This document shows positions 34,776 through 43,296 of a DNA stretch of 61,030 bases, one piece after another (the stretch's first letter is position 1; each line of letters starts with the position of its first letter). The translations under genes and the position numbers were made by a program. The notes beneath the pieces are model-generated. The model did not search any database and was not told the DNA's origin. It saw nothing but the letters and a program-made list of their open reading frames with translations. Origin of the DNA: a virus; IMG/VR virus record IMGVR_UViG_3300045942_000039, positions 1-61,030 of that record. One strand, 5' to 3'.

Positions 34776-35072
34776 CTAGATCAGCGCGAGGGCGTTCTCG
34801 AGGATGCGTCCGTTGCGGATCTGCACCCACAGGCGGTCCTCGGCGAGGACGTACCGCATGATCGTGGCGCGGACGGTGAGGATCTGCCCGGCCTGCAGGG
34901 AGTGGGCGAGCTCCCAGTTGGAGGAGAGCCACCAGGCGAGGACGCCGTCGTCGTTCTCGAGCTTGATCCGGCACGACGCGCCGTAGTGGTGCTCGACGAG
35001 CTCGTGGCAGAGGACGCGGCCGACGATCTCGACGCGGGTGCCCACGTCGCCGATGTGCTTGGTCTTCTCCAT
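34776..35072 (-). CDS. hypothetical protein (98 aa)
   Basis: ORF track. Confidence 0.6.
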   Translation of the reverse strand: MEKTKHIGDVGTRVEIVGRVLCHELVEHHYGASCRIKLENDDGVLAWWLSSNWELAHSLQAGQILTVRATIMRYVLAEDRLWVQIRNGRILENALALI

Positions 35073-35111
35073 ATCCCTATGGTCGCACCCCTATGGGGGT
35101 ACCGCAACCGG

Positions 35112-35384
35112 TCAGGAGATGGTTGACACGCTCGGCTGTTCGTCGCCGCGGCACGGCCGCCACGAGATCTCGAACCGGCGGGTGGCGAGCACGTGCTCGA
35201 CTTTGAGCACGGCGTTCAGGTGTTCGGCGCGCTGCTGCAACGCGCGGAGGAAGTCGGAGAACGGGGCGTCCATGTTGACGACGTCGATCTCGTCGACGAC
35301 GACGAAGCCGAAGGTGTGGCGGTCGCGCACGTGCTTCTCGGCGAGCTCGGTCATCTCGGGGGCGGGGGAGGTGAGATCAGTCAT
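35112..35384 (-). CDS. hypothetical protein (90 aa)
   Basis: ORF track. Confidence 0.6.
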   Translation of the reverse strand: MTDLTSPAPEMTELAEKHVRDRHTFGFVVVDEIDVVNMDAPFSDFLRALQQRAEHLNAVLKVEHVLATRRFEISWRPCRGDEQPSVSTIS

Positions 35385-35583
35385 CGGTGCATCCTCTGCA
35401 GTCGGGGTCGTGGCGGATGCCGCCGTGCGCTTCGTCGTCGGCGCGGACGGAGGCGAGGAACGCGGCGAGCGACATGCGCGGGTCGCGTGGTGTGCGGGGC
35501 CGGGGGACGGTCTGGGACGTGCTGGCGAGGGCCATGGGCGCGCTTTCGGAGTCGACGTGGGTTCCCGGAGGGGTGGTGGTCAT
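35377..35583 (-). CDS. hypothetical protein (68 aa)
   Basis: internal ATG with ATGA overlap. Confidence 0.5.
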   Translation of the reverse strand: MTTTPPGTHVDSESAPMALASTSQTVPRPRTPRDPRMSLAAFLASVRADDEAHGGIRHDPDCRGCTDD

Positions 35584-35777
35584 CGGCGGCGGGAGATGTC
35601 GCTGGTCGCGGCGATCGCGGTGCACAGGATGAACGCGATGCCGAGGCCGGTGATGATCCAGCCGACGGTGTCGGTGCCTTCCCGGAGGATGTAGGCGACG
35701 GCGGCGAGACCTGCCAGGGCCACGGCCCAGACCACCACGATCGCGATGGCCGGGCCGCGGCGCCGGAGGTCAGTCAT
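35580..35777 (-). CDS. small membrane protein (65 aa, 2 TM)
   Basis: AIAIVVVWAVALAGLAAVAYIL and WIITGLGIAFILCTAIAA. Confidence 0.6.
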   Translation of the reverse strand: MTDLRRRGPAIAIVVVWAVALAGLAAVAYILREGTDTVGWIITGLGIAFILCTAIAATSDISRRR

Positions 35778-36216
35778 GGTCGTTCTCGGCGGGCATGAGC
35801 GTCGCGTGGTCGTTGGCGACGACGGATGCTACGAGGTCGGTGGCCATTTCCATGAACGTGTCGGCGAACGCTTCCCACTGCGTGAGGTCGGCGCCGACGG
35901 TGGTGAGCGCCACGATGCTCGAGTACATGAGGTCGAGAAGCGAGCGCAGCGGCGGGTGCTCAGTGATCTGGTTGCGCGTGTGGTCGAGGTGACGAGCCAT
36001 GCGCTGCATCTTCACGACGCGCTCGGGGGTGGCCGGGGCGGCGTGCACGTACTGCAGGCGGGCAACGGCCATCGCGGCGACGCCGTTGATGTCGGAGATC
36101 TCCTGCATCGACGGCTCGGCGAGGAAGCCGCCGGCGGCGTTGGAGCGGCGGCTCCACTCCCAGTCCCACGCCGACTTCCACTGCTCGGCGACCTGCTCGA
36201 TGGTGAGGGCGGGCAT
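35770..36216 (-). CDS. hypothetical protein (148 aa)
   Basis: internal ATG, 1-nt TGATG overlap. Confidence 0.55.
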   Translation of the reverse strand: MPALTIEQVAEQWKSAWDWEWSRRSNAAGGFLAEPSMQEISDINGVAAMAVARLQYVHAAPATPERVVKMQRMARHLDHTRNQITEHPPLRSLLDLMYSSIVALTTVGADLTQWEAFADTFMEMATDLVASVVANDHATLMPAENDHD

Positions 36217-36488
36217 CAGACGTCTGCCTGGTAGACCGCGGTGCGCGTGGAGTGCTCGGCGAGGCGGTAGACGACGAACGCGTTGTACGCGGGGCCGTCG
36301 TAGTCCGGCATCTCGCGGGCGGGGATCTCGGCGACCCACTGGTCGTAGGACTGCGTGTTCGGGTGGGAGATCCACTCGGGCAGGGCCATGTACGGCGACA
36401 TGTCCATCCGGGCGACGATCTCGCCGTCGGCGGCGCGGAGCTCGGCGTGAATGTAGGCGGGCACGCCACCGGTGGGCGGCGGGATCAT
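36216..36488 (-). CDS. hypothetical protein (90 aa; alternative start 36509)
   Basis: ATG preceded by GACGAAGGAAC SD. Confidence 0.55.
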   Translation of the reverse strand: MIPPPTGGVPAYIHAELRAADGEIVARMDMSPYMALPEWISHPNTQSYDQWVAEIPAREMPDYDGPAYNAFVVYRLAEHSTRTAVYQADV

Positions 36489-36538
36489 GGGCGTTCCTTC
36501 GTCGGTCATGGTGTCGATTCTTCCATGGGGGTACGACG

Positions 36539-36570
36539 AAGCCCCCGACCTGTGCGGAGGTCGGGGGCTT
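36539..36570 (-). terminator. hairpin AAGCCCCCGACC/GGTCGGGGGCTT
   Basis: 12-bp stem with an 8-nt loop, 6 nt after the 36577 stop. Confidence 0.6.
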
Positions 36571-36576
36571 GGCGTC

Positions 36577-36852
36577 TCACTCGGACTGGACCCGCCCGAG
36601 GGAATCGCGTCCCGGTTGGTGCTGCGCGCACAGCCCCGATTGGTGACGGGTGCCACGGTAGCACCGCGACGTCGGCGAGTGCATGTGCGTGCACCGCGGC
36701 GCTCGGGAGGTCCGGGGTCCGCCGCCGACCGTAGCGATCGGTGCGATGAGCTCGTCGGCGCGGACGCCGAGAGTCTGCAGCGCCGCGGCGGCCGAGGCCG
36801 TCCCGTCGTTCAGCCGGCGGATCGCAGCTGCTCGGGTTGCGGCGTCGGTCAC
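36577..36852 (-). CDS. hypothetical protein with Cys/His-rich C-terminus (91 aa)
   Basis: ORF track; RCTHMH...RCYRG...GLCAQH. Confidence 0.5.
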   Translation of the reverse strand: MTDAATRAAAIRRLNDGTASAAAALQTLGVRADELIAPIATVGGGPRTSRAPRCTHMHSPTSRCYRGTRHQSGLCAQHQPGRDSLGRVQSE

Positions 36853-37061
36853 CGAGACCTCTTCGGGTGGAGCGCGGTCTGCGCCTCGATCTCGTCGGCG
36901 AAGATGTCGAAGCCCTCCGCGGTGGCGTTTGCTCGGCGGACGTCGTCGATGTCGACGGGCACGTCGAACCCGGGCTCGGCCTTCTTGCGGAGCACTTCGG
37001 CGGTCTTCCGGGCGGCGGTCGCGATGCTTGCTGCGGTCAGCTTGGGGGTGGTGTCAGCCAT
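36849..37061 (-). CDS. hypothetical protein (70 aa)
   Basis: ORF track. Confidence 0.6.
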   Translation of the reverse strand: MADTTPKLTAASIATAARKTAEVLRKKAEPGFDVPVDIDDVRRANATAEGFDIFADEIEAQTALHPKRSR

Positions 37062-37070
37062 GGTGCCTCC

Positions 37071-37529
37071 TCAGGCGTAGGGGCTCGTGAGCCCGGTGAT
37101 GATCGCGCGGAGCCGTTCGGCGTGCCCGCGGGACGTGGTGGAGTGATTCTCGACGGCGGTGGCCGCGGCGTCCAGGGCCTCGGTCCACACGTCGTCGGCT
37201 GGTAGCTCGAGCTTCGGCTTCGACGGATCCGGGATCCAGTCGGGGCAGTACCGCTGCGCGAGGTCGCGGAGTTCGGGCGACGTGGCCCGGATCTCGGTGC
37301 GCACGCTGGACCGTGCGCCCTTCCGGTACCCGGCCGGCACGAGGGATGCCACGCCCCACGTCGCGGCCTGCGCGTCGAACGCGTACGTGATCCGCACCTC
37401 CCACACCTCGTAGAGCGTGATGTTCTGCGACACCGGGTCGGCGGCGTTCAGGTACATCGGCTCGTCGAGACGGTGGAGGGTGACTTCCTGACGCACGTAG
37501 ACGCTGGCGGGACGATCGAGCCACGGCAT
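37071..37529 (-). CDS. hypothetical protein (152 aa)
   Basis: internal ATG, TGATG overlap. Confidence 0.55.
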   Translation of the reverse strand: MPWLDRPASVYVRQEVTLHRLDEPMYLNAADPVSQNITLYEVWEVRITYAFDAQAATWGVASLVPAGYRKGARSSVRTEIRATSPELRDLAQRYCPDWIPDPSKPKLELPADDVWTEALDAAATAVENHSTTSRGHAERLRAIITGLTSPYA

Positions 37530-37831
37530 CAGCTGTCCCCCGTCCAGGAGTGATCGCCGTCGCCGCGCGCGACCGTGTTGCCGTCGAAGTACGCAGGGAG
37601 CGGTGACGACGTGATGGAGAGGTTCCCCGTCTGGGCGGCGACGCCTTTCGCGGGGACACGGAACCGCACGCTGTACGTGTACCACTCGCCGACGCGGAGC
37701 TCCGGGATGTCGACGACGCCGGGCCCGAGGAGGGACGGCGGAAGCAGCACGTGCGCGCGGACGAGCTTGGTCTTAGCTTCGACCAGATCCGCTTCGAGCT
37801 CGCGGATCCGGCGGGCCTTCTTGCCGAACAT
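37529..37831 (-). CDS. hypothetical protein (100 aa)
   Basis: ORF track. Confidence 0.6.
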   Translation of the reverse strand: MFGKKARRIRELEADLVEAKTKLVRAHVLLPPSLLGPGVVDIPELRVGEWYTYSVRFRVPAKGVAAQTGNLSITSSPLPAYFDGNTVARGDGDHSWTGDS

Positions 37832-38091
37832 CAGTAGGAGCCGATCTCGACGAGAGGGAACGTCGGAGCCGAACCGGACGGCAGGTCGTCGGAGAGCACG
37901 CCGCGGTTCTGGTCGACGTCCGTGCCGTCTTCGTCCGTCGCGACGGGGATGCCAACGTAGACGAGGTCGCCGCCGAAGCTCACGAACAGGAAGAACGGGT
38001 CGTTGTTGTCGTCACGGACGGCGAGCCAGGAGACGTCGTCCTGGTCGAAGCGGCTGCGGACGGTGTCGGTGTTTCCGAGCAGGGGGTTCAT
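37831..38091 (-). CDS. hypothetical protein (86 aa)
   Basis: internal ATG, ATGA overlap. Confidence 0.55.
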   Translation of the reverse strand: MNPLLGNTDTVRSRFDQDDVSWLAVRDDNNDPFFLFVSFGGDLVYVGIPVATDEDGTDVDQNRGVLSDDLPSGSAPTFPLVEIGSY

Positions 38092-38372
38092 TCGGTTCCT
38101 TCGATCGGGGTGGGGATGCCGCCCGAGGGGGCGACACGGGTGATGGTGCCGGAGGCGACGTGAGCCGACGAGTACGCGACGACGGTCCATTCGGGGTTCT
38201 GGCCTCCGGTCCAGGGGAGCCAGGTGTCGTCGCCGGCGCGGGTCCAGACGACGCCATTCGACCAGACGACCTGCGCGCCGCGGTGGCGCGGGAGCGAGAG
38301 GATGCCGTCGAGCTCAGACTGAGCGGCAGCGAGCTTGCGGCGCGCGTTGCGGAGCTCGCGGGGGTTACTCAC
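38088..38372 (-). CDS. hypothetical protein (94 aa)
   Basis: ORF track. Confidence 0.6.
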   Translation of the reverse strand: MSNPRELRNARRKLAAAQSELDGILSLPRHRGAQVVWSNGVVWTRAGDDTWLPWTGGQNPEWTVVAYSSAHVASGTITRVAPSGGIPTPIEGTE

Positions 38373-38727
38373 CGGGCACCTCGTCGAGGTTCTCGGGGAG
38401 CTCCCACAGGTGCAGGGTCCGCGGGTGGACGTTCACGAACTCGGCGCGCGGGGGGAGCATCATCGCCATGTGCACGCGGTCCGGGATGAACCGGTACCGG
38501 GCGTCGGCGATCTCGTCCCACGTGGGGAGCCGGGAGGAGTGGGACACGGACAGGTGCCAGAGGCCGTCGACTTCGCGGGAGCGGAGCGCGCGCAGTCGCC
38601 CGTCGGGCACGGACGCGTCCCACATGCCAGCGCCGGGGAGCGCGGCGATCGTCGACGGCGTATCCTGCTGGGTCCAGGCGGGCGTGATGTCGTGCCGGGT
38701 GCCCGGCGCCGCGGTGCCGAAGCTCAC
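38365..38727 (-). CDS. hypothetical protein (120 aa) with WHLSVSH...LPTWDEI motif
   Basis: GTGA overlap start inside track ORF 38365..39567. Confidence 0.55.
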   Translation of the reverse strand: MSFGTAAPGTRHDITPAWTQQDTPSTIAALPGAGMWDASVPDGRLRALRSREVDGLWHLSVSHSSRLPTWDEIADARYRFIPDRVHMAMMLPPRAEFVNVHPRTLHLWELPENLDEVPGE

Positions 38728-39188
38728 CGGAGAACCCCGGCGTCGGTGAGGTCGTCCCGGTCTTCGACGAGCGCGTGCCGGAAGAGGCAGGGCTCGCAGT
38801 ACCGGTCGGCCAAGTACCGCGCGGTCGGGGTGCGGCCCGTGCCGCCGTCCGAGCACCGGTACGTCGTGGAGATCTCGCACGGCAGCGTCCGCGCCAGGGA
38901 CTCGACGCGGGTTTCTATCCGGGACCAGCCGACGCCGTATCCGATCGAGGCGAGACGCTGCGCCTGCAGTTCGAGGAGGCCCGCCCGGATCTGGGCCTGG
39001 GACGCCGGGGCGAGCGCTGTGGCGATCTCGATGAACGGTCGGGGGGTGGTGGAGAGGGTCGCGTAGATGGAGGGCAGGAGGACGGCCACCATGGCTTCGT
39101 CGTCGACGGGCGCCGGCGGCGCCGGGACCGAGATCGCTTCGGCGGGACGGCGGCCGGCGAGGAGCGCGGCCCAGCGCGAGAGGGTCAC
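38724..39188 (-). CDS. putative DNA-binding protein (wHTH-like region plus C-x8-C...C-x2-C)
   Basis: FIEIATALAPASQAQIRAGLLELQAQRLAS; CEISTTYRC...CEPC. Confidence 0.5.
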   Translation of the reverse strand: MTLSRWAALLAGRRPAEAISVPAPPAPVDDEAMVAVLLPSIYATLSTTPRPFIEIATALAPASQAQIRAGLLELQAQRLASIGYGVGWSRIETRVESLARTLPCEISTTYRCSDGGTGRTPTARYLADRYCEPCLFRHALVEDRDDLTDAGVLR

Positions 39189-39577
39189 AGTCCCAGCCCC
39201 TCTCGGATCTGGTCGACGACGAATCCGAAGTCGACGGTCCTGCTCTCGTAGCCAGATTCGACCTCGCCAGTCGAGCCGTAGACGGCGATGAGGTTGGCGA
39301 TGCGCTGCTGCTCGACGAGCGCGAGGGTCGCGTGCACCTGGGCGGTGGCGAGGACTTGGGGCAGGGGGAGGCCGCCAATCTCGATCGAGTGGGCTGCAGC
39401 CCTCGTGAGGAGCTCGCCTGCGCCTTTCGCCCAGTCGATGCGAGCGTTTTCGCGGAGGTGCTCGCGGACGGCTTCGGCGAGGTCGGCGACCTCGGCGGGG
39501 AGCTCGTCGGCGGGGATGTTGTCGATCGCGCCTTCGAACTCGGTGAGCGCTCGCTCAAGGGGGTCACGGCTGGGCAT
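39185..39577 (-). CDS. hypothetical protein (130 aa), first gene after promoter copy 4
   Basis: ATG after the GGAAGGAAC SD of the conserved leader. Confidence 0.6.
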   Translation of the reverse strand: MPSRDPLERALTEFEGAIDNIPADELPAEVADLAEAVREHLRENARIDWAKGAGELLTRAAAHSIEIGGLPLPQVLATAQVHATLALVEQQRIANLIAVYGSTGEVESGYESRTVDFGFVVDQIREGLGL

Positions 39578-39632
39578 GGGTGTTCCTTCCGGTCGGGGCG
39601 CCGCGGGGTGCGGCTGGTGGCCCGTGTCTTTC

Positions 39633-39661
39633 ACACTATGGGGTAATTCTACCGGCGTCCA
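39633..39661 (-). promoter_or_regulatory. conserved phage promoter copy 4 (-35 TGGACG, TTACCCCA, -10 TAGTGT)
   Basis: motif family; directly after terminator 39668..39701. Confidence 0.65.
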
Positions 39662-39667
39662 ACGACG

Positions 39668-39701
39668 GAGCCCCCGCGCTCCGAGGTGGAGGCGGGGGCT
39701 C
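39668..39701 (-). terminator. hairpin GAGCCCCCGC/GCGGGGGCTC with inner CTCC/GGAG pairing
   Basis: 10-bp stem, 11 nt after the 39713 stop. Confidence 0.6.
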
Positions 39702-39712
39702 GAGGAGGTGGG

Positions 39713-39871
39713 TCAGTCGGCGTCGGAGTCAGGGCCGATCATCAGGAACGACTCGGCGCCTTTCTCGAGCGCGAATCCTGCCGCGACCGCGGCGAACCGC
39801 TCAGCGGCCGCGGCGATGACGGTGGCGTCGTCGGACACAACGGACAGGCCAACGCGCATTCGCTCAGGCAT
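39713..39871 (-). CDS. small hypothetical protein (52 aa; starts 39880 or 39859 also possible)
   Basis: hand translation MPERMRVGLSVVSDDATVIAAAAERF...; below the track cutoff. Confidence 0.4.
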   Translation of the reverse strand: MPERMRVGLSVVSDDATVIAAAAERFAAVAAGFALEKGAESFLMIGPDSDAD

Positions 39872-40271
39872 GGGCCTCATCCAGCCACGTTGCGCGGCGG
39901 AGGCGGCCGAGCACGGCGTGGAAGTGCTCGGACTGCGCTGCGGTGAATGCGATCATCGGGCCGCCTTGAATCACGCCGATCGACACCGCGGTCATGGTGG
40001 CGTCGTACTGGCTGAGCACGAAGTCGGCCGCGGCGGCGCGGTGCCCGGGTCGGGAGATCTTGCGGAACCAGACGAGCAGCGGGTTCTCCTCGAGCAGCCG
40101 CGCCTCGGGCGTGGCGTCCCGGCCGACGCGGGGCGTGTACGCGTAGTGCTCGCGGATGTGGTTCGGCAGCATCGCGTACGACGTCGGGGCGATGCGGTGC
40201 TCGACGCCGGCCGTCCAGCGGGAGTACGGCGTGGGGTCGAACGCGGGGCGTTCCGTCGAGGCGAACATCAT
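39864..40271 (-). CDS. hypothetical protein (135 aa)
   Basis: internal ATG, ATGA overlap. Confidence 0.55.
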   Translation of the reverse strand: MMFASTERPAFDPTPYSRWTAGVEHRIAPTSYAMLPNHIREHYAYTPRVGRDATPEARLLEENPLLVWFRKISRPGHRAAAADFVLSQYDATMTAVSIGVIQGGPMIAFTAAQSEHFHAVLGRLRRATWLDEAHA

Positions 40272-40693
40272 GCGTCGATCCCGCTGACCAGCTGGCGCAG
40301 CGCGTTGGTGACGCGGGTGAGCTCGACGCGTACGGCGTCCCGGCTCTCGGCGATCTCGCGCACGAACTTGTCGTAGACCTCGTCGCGCTCGAGGCGGACC
40401 CAGGGGGCGTCGCGCTGCAACTCCCACTGTGCGCGCTCGTTGCCGCCGTGGCCGCGGTAGATCATGCCGGTGCGGACGGACACCCAGACCCCGTCGCCGC
40501 ACGGGCAGGCGTAGAGCCGGTCCCGCACGAGTTCGACGGCCGCGGCGTCGGCGAGGGTCAGCTGGTCGTACTCGAAGCCAACGCGGATGCCGGTGCGCGC
40601 CGAGGTCTGCTCGTCGGTCTCGGCCTCGGGCTTGGGGCGGGCGGGGCTCTTCGGCGCGAGGCGCTCGCCGATGGGCTTGCGTTCTTCGGTCAC
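40268..40693 (-). CDS. hypothetical protein (141 aa)
   Basis: GTGA overlap start. Confidence 0.55.
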   Translation of the reverse strand: MTEERKPIGERLAPKSPARPKPEAETDEQTSARTGIRVGFEYDQLTLADAAAVELVRDRLYACPCGDGVWVSVRTGMIYRGHGGNERAQWELQRDAPWVRLERDEVYDKFVREIAESRDAVRVELTRVTNALRQLVSGIDA

Positions 40694-41133
40694 TGGTCTG
40701 CCTTTCGGATGTGGGTGAGTACGGCGAGGTCGGGCAGGAGCCGCGCACACGTCTGGATCATGAGGGTGAGGTGGCGGGCGAGCTCGTCGTCGTCGACGTC
40801 TACCCACCAGGTGCGCCATCCCGGGTGCTGCGGGTCGTCGGGGTAGCTGCGGAACACGCGCTGCACGACAGCCACTTCGCCGGGCTGCGGGAGCGTGCCG
40901 CCGTCGCCGTCGTGCTGGGAGAGGAGGGCGTTGATCGCGTCGATCACGTCCATGGAGTGCAAGACCATCCCGTCGGGCGAGATCTCGTCGCCGAGCACGT
41001 AGTAGCTGCTGTCGCCCTCGAGGCGGGGCTCGTGCCGCCACGGCTGACCGTCGAGGCGGCGCACGCCCCACTGATGCAGCACGCCGTCTTTGGTCTCTTC
41101 GTACGGGATGCGGAACGGTTCGAGGTCGGTCAC
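40690..41133 (-). CDS. hypothetical protein (147 aa)
   Basis: GTGA overlap start. Confidence 0.55.
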   Translation of the reverse strand: MTDLEPFRIPYEETKDGVLHQWGVRRLDGQPWRHEPRLEGDSSYYVLGDEISPDGMVLHSMDVIDAINALLSQHDGDGGTLPQPGEVAVVQRVFRSYPDDPQHPGWRTWWVDVDDDELARHLTLMIQTCARLLPDLAVLTHIRKADQ

Positions 41134-41429
41134 TGGTCGCCTGCTTTCTCGTCGGTCTTGAGGATGATGTCGTACGTGTTCTCTCGCACGCGGATCGCGC
41201 GGAGCAGCACGCCCGCGTGCTCGGGGCACCGGTGGAGGACGACGGTCTTCGTGTCACCCGGTCGGTCGGGGAGGAACGGGTTCGGCACCCGCGTCTTCGT
41301 CCACCCGTTCGGCGCGCCGCGCACCGCGAACAGGTCCGCCGGCGACCAGCCGAGGAAAGGCGACGGCGCAGCGTCCAACGTCATCGGGCACAGGGGCACG
41401 TCGCACTGGATCGAGACGGACGCGCTCAC
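41130..41429 (-). CDS. hypothetical protein (99 aa)
   Basis: GTGA overlap start. Confidence 0.55.
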   Translation of the reverse strand: MSASVSIQCDVPLCPMTLDAAPSPFLGWSPADLFAVRGAPNGWTKTRVPNPFLPDRPGDTKTVVLHRCPEHAGVLLRAIRVRENTYDIILKTDEKAGDQ

Positions 41430-41803
41430 CGGTTCGGATCCTTCCAGACCACGAAGCGCTCGTCGCCGTGAGCTTCGAGGGGAGGCGACTGCAGGAACGA
41501 CTCGGCTTCGTCCCACGTGCCTGCCTCCATGTCGTTCGCGACGCCGTCGATCTCACCCCACGTGTCGTCGTTCATGTCGTACACGTCGGCGTCGTCGTCG
41601 ATCGAGTCGTCGAGGAGGATCGGCGCGAACAGCGAGAGCCGCGGGGTGTCGTTGATCTCGAGCAGCACACCGGCGTGGGTGTCGGGGATGAGGTCGCGGA
41701 TCCGCTGGATGGCGGCGACGCGGAACACTTCCTGCGCGTCCCAGTACGCCTTGCGCGCGGTTTCGTACGCGGCGAACGCTGCAGCACTGTCGGCGGTCAT
41801 CAT
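41426..41803 (-). CDS. hypothetical acidic protein (125 aa)
   Basis: ATGA overlap start. Confidence 0.55.
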   Translation of the reverse strand: MMTADSAAAFAAYETARKAYWDAQEVFRVAAIQRIRDLIPDTHAGVLLEINDTPRLSLFAPILLDDSIDDDADVYDMNDDTWGEIDGVANDMEAGTWDEAESFLQSPPLEAHGDERFVVWKDPNR

Positions 41804-42438
41804 GCCGTCACCCCCGCGCGGATCTGCAGGGCGCGGAGCGCGGCGGCCTTGGCTTCGTCGGCGATCGACTGGGCCTCGTCGGCGCTGTACTCGTTGCGGA
41901 TCCAGTGGGCTCGGATGCCGCCGGCGGCCTGCGCGGCGATCTGCTCGTCGGTGAGGGGTTCGGGCGTGGTGGAGGAGTAGGCGGGATGCCCGGGGCTGTA
42001 GACGTCGCCCGACCACTGGTCGCGCCAGGGCCCGCCGACTTCGACGACGAGGCGTTCGTACAGGTCGCGGACCTCCTGCAGGAGCGCAATCTCGGCGTCA
42101 TTGCTGTCGCCCTCGGCGGCCTCGTACGTGTTGTCGATGTGGTGCCGGACGACGTCGAGGTCGCCGACGAGCGCGGCGAGGCGGGAGCGGCGGTCGCGGA
42201 TGATCGCTTCGGCGATGAGATCGCGGACCTGTGCGCCGTTGCGGTTCCAGTCGTCGCGGATGTGGTGGGCGTCGAGGGTCAGCTGCGCGACGTCCTCGGG
42301 GCGGTTCGCGGCGGGCCCGGTCTGGCGGCGGTCGTACGCGATCGCCTCGGTCGCGATGTTGAGGTCGCGTTCGTAGCCGACGCCGGCGAGGGCGTCAGCG
42401 CCGATGAAGTCGCGGGCGGTCTGTTCGGGGGTCTTCAC
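41800..42438 (-). CDS. hypothetical protein (212 aa)
   Basis: ORF track. Confidence 0.6.
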   Translation of the reverse strand: MKTPEQTARDFIGADALAGVGYERDLNIATEAIAYDRRQTGPAANRPEDVAQLTLDAHHIRDDWNRNGAQVRDLIAEAIIRDRRSRLAALVGDLDVVRHHIDNTYEAAEGDSNDAEIALLQEVRDLYERLVVEVGGPWRDQWSGDVYSPGHPAYSSTTPEPLTDEQIAAQAAGGIRAHWIRNEYSADEAQSIADEAKAAALRALQIRAGVTA

Positions 42439-42818
42439 GGTGTCGTTCCTTCGGTGAGGGCGTGGCGGATGCGGTGGAGGAGGTTGGACGCGGCGTCGCG
42501 CGCGTCGAGCACGGGCTCGAGGTCGTTGGCTTGTTCGGACTCGACTATCTCGGCGAGCACGGCGTCGATGTCGGCGAGGTGCGCGGATCGCAGCTGCTCG
42601 CGTTGCATGTCGAGTGCGTCGAGGATCATGGCGTCGATCTTTGAGTCGACCGGCGCGAGGACGAGAGCGAAGTAACGGCGTCGGACCTCAGCGGCGATTC
42701 GAGCGCCGCCAAAGGGAGTGGTGGAGGGCCAGTGGCCGGTGCGGTCGGCGTGGTCGCCAGCGTCTTCGACGTTGCGTTCGCCGCACGTGGAGCACGTGGG
42801 GAACTGCTCGGCGCTCAC
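42435..42818 (-). CDS. hypothetical protein (127 aa, N-terminal CSTCG)
   Basis: GTGA overlap start inside track ORF 42435..43076. Confidence 0.55.
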   Translation of the reverse strand: MSAEQFPTCSTCGERNVEDAGDHADRTGHWPSTTPFGGARIAAEVRRRYFALVLAPVDSKIDAMILDALDMQREQLRSAHLADIDAVLAEIVESEQANDLEPVLDARDAASNLLHRIRHALTEGTTP

Positions 42819-42922
42819 CGGCGGGCATCCCAGATCGCGGTCACGACGCTCACGCCAGCGAGCGCGAGGGCGACCCCGATGACCCAGGGGTTCGCGATGG
42901 TCCAGTCGGTGATCGCGGCCAT
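42815..42922 (-). CDS. small single-TM protein (35 aa)
   Basis: hand translation MAAITDWTIANPWVIGVALALAGVSVVTAIWDARR; GTGA overlap downstream. Confidence 0.45.
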   Translation of the reverse strand: MAAITDWTIANPWVIGVALALAGVSVVTAIWDARR

Positions 42923-42942
42923 GACGTCCGACGCGAAGGCGA

Positions 42943-43182
42943 TCACGAACGGTCCGCCGTCGCGAAGCGCGTGGCCTCGATCTCGGTGTCGCACACCGCG
43001 AGGACCGTGAACGCTTCACCAGGTGCGAGGTCTTCGAACACGGCGAGCGCGTCCGCGGCCGTGGCTTCGAACACACCGTCGTTCGTCTCGAGCACGAACC
43101 AACGCTCCGGGTTCGCCTTGATGAAGTCGGCGCTGTACCAGTACGGCAGGTTCGGGATGGTGGGGATGATGATGGTCGCCAT
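42943..43182 (-). CDS. hypothetical protein (79 aa), first gene after promoter copy 5
   Basis: ORF track; ATG after the GAAGGAAGGAAC SD. Confidence 0.6.
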   Translation of the reverse strand: MATIIIPTIPNLPYWYSADFIKANPERWFVLETNDGVFEATAADALAVFEDLAPGEAFTVLAVCDTEIEATRFATADRS

Positions 43183-43238
43183 GGCGATGTTCCTTCCTTC
43201 GCACCCCCGGGGCGGGGTTGGTGGTGTGCGGTGTTTTC

Positions 43239-43268
43239 ATACTATGGGGTAACGGGCACCCGCGTCCA
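43239..43268 (-). promoter_or_regulatory. conserved phage promoter copy 5 (-35 TGGACG, TTACCCCA, -10 TAGTAT)
   Basis: motif family. Confidence 0.65.
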
Positions 43269-43296
43269 GTCAACCACCCGTCAAACAACCCGATTC

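Noticed and set aside
35077-35105. Degenerate look-alikes of the promoter core (CCATAGGGAT / TACCCCCATAGGGG here; also 36521-36537 TACCCCCATGGAAGAAT, 9047-9060 GGGGCATAGGCT, 7832-7846 CCATAGGAGG).
   Set aside because: They lack the conserved -35 block and the exact TTACCCCA-TAGTrT arrangement. They may be weak or decayed promoters, but I could not support calling them features.
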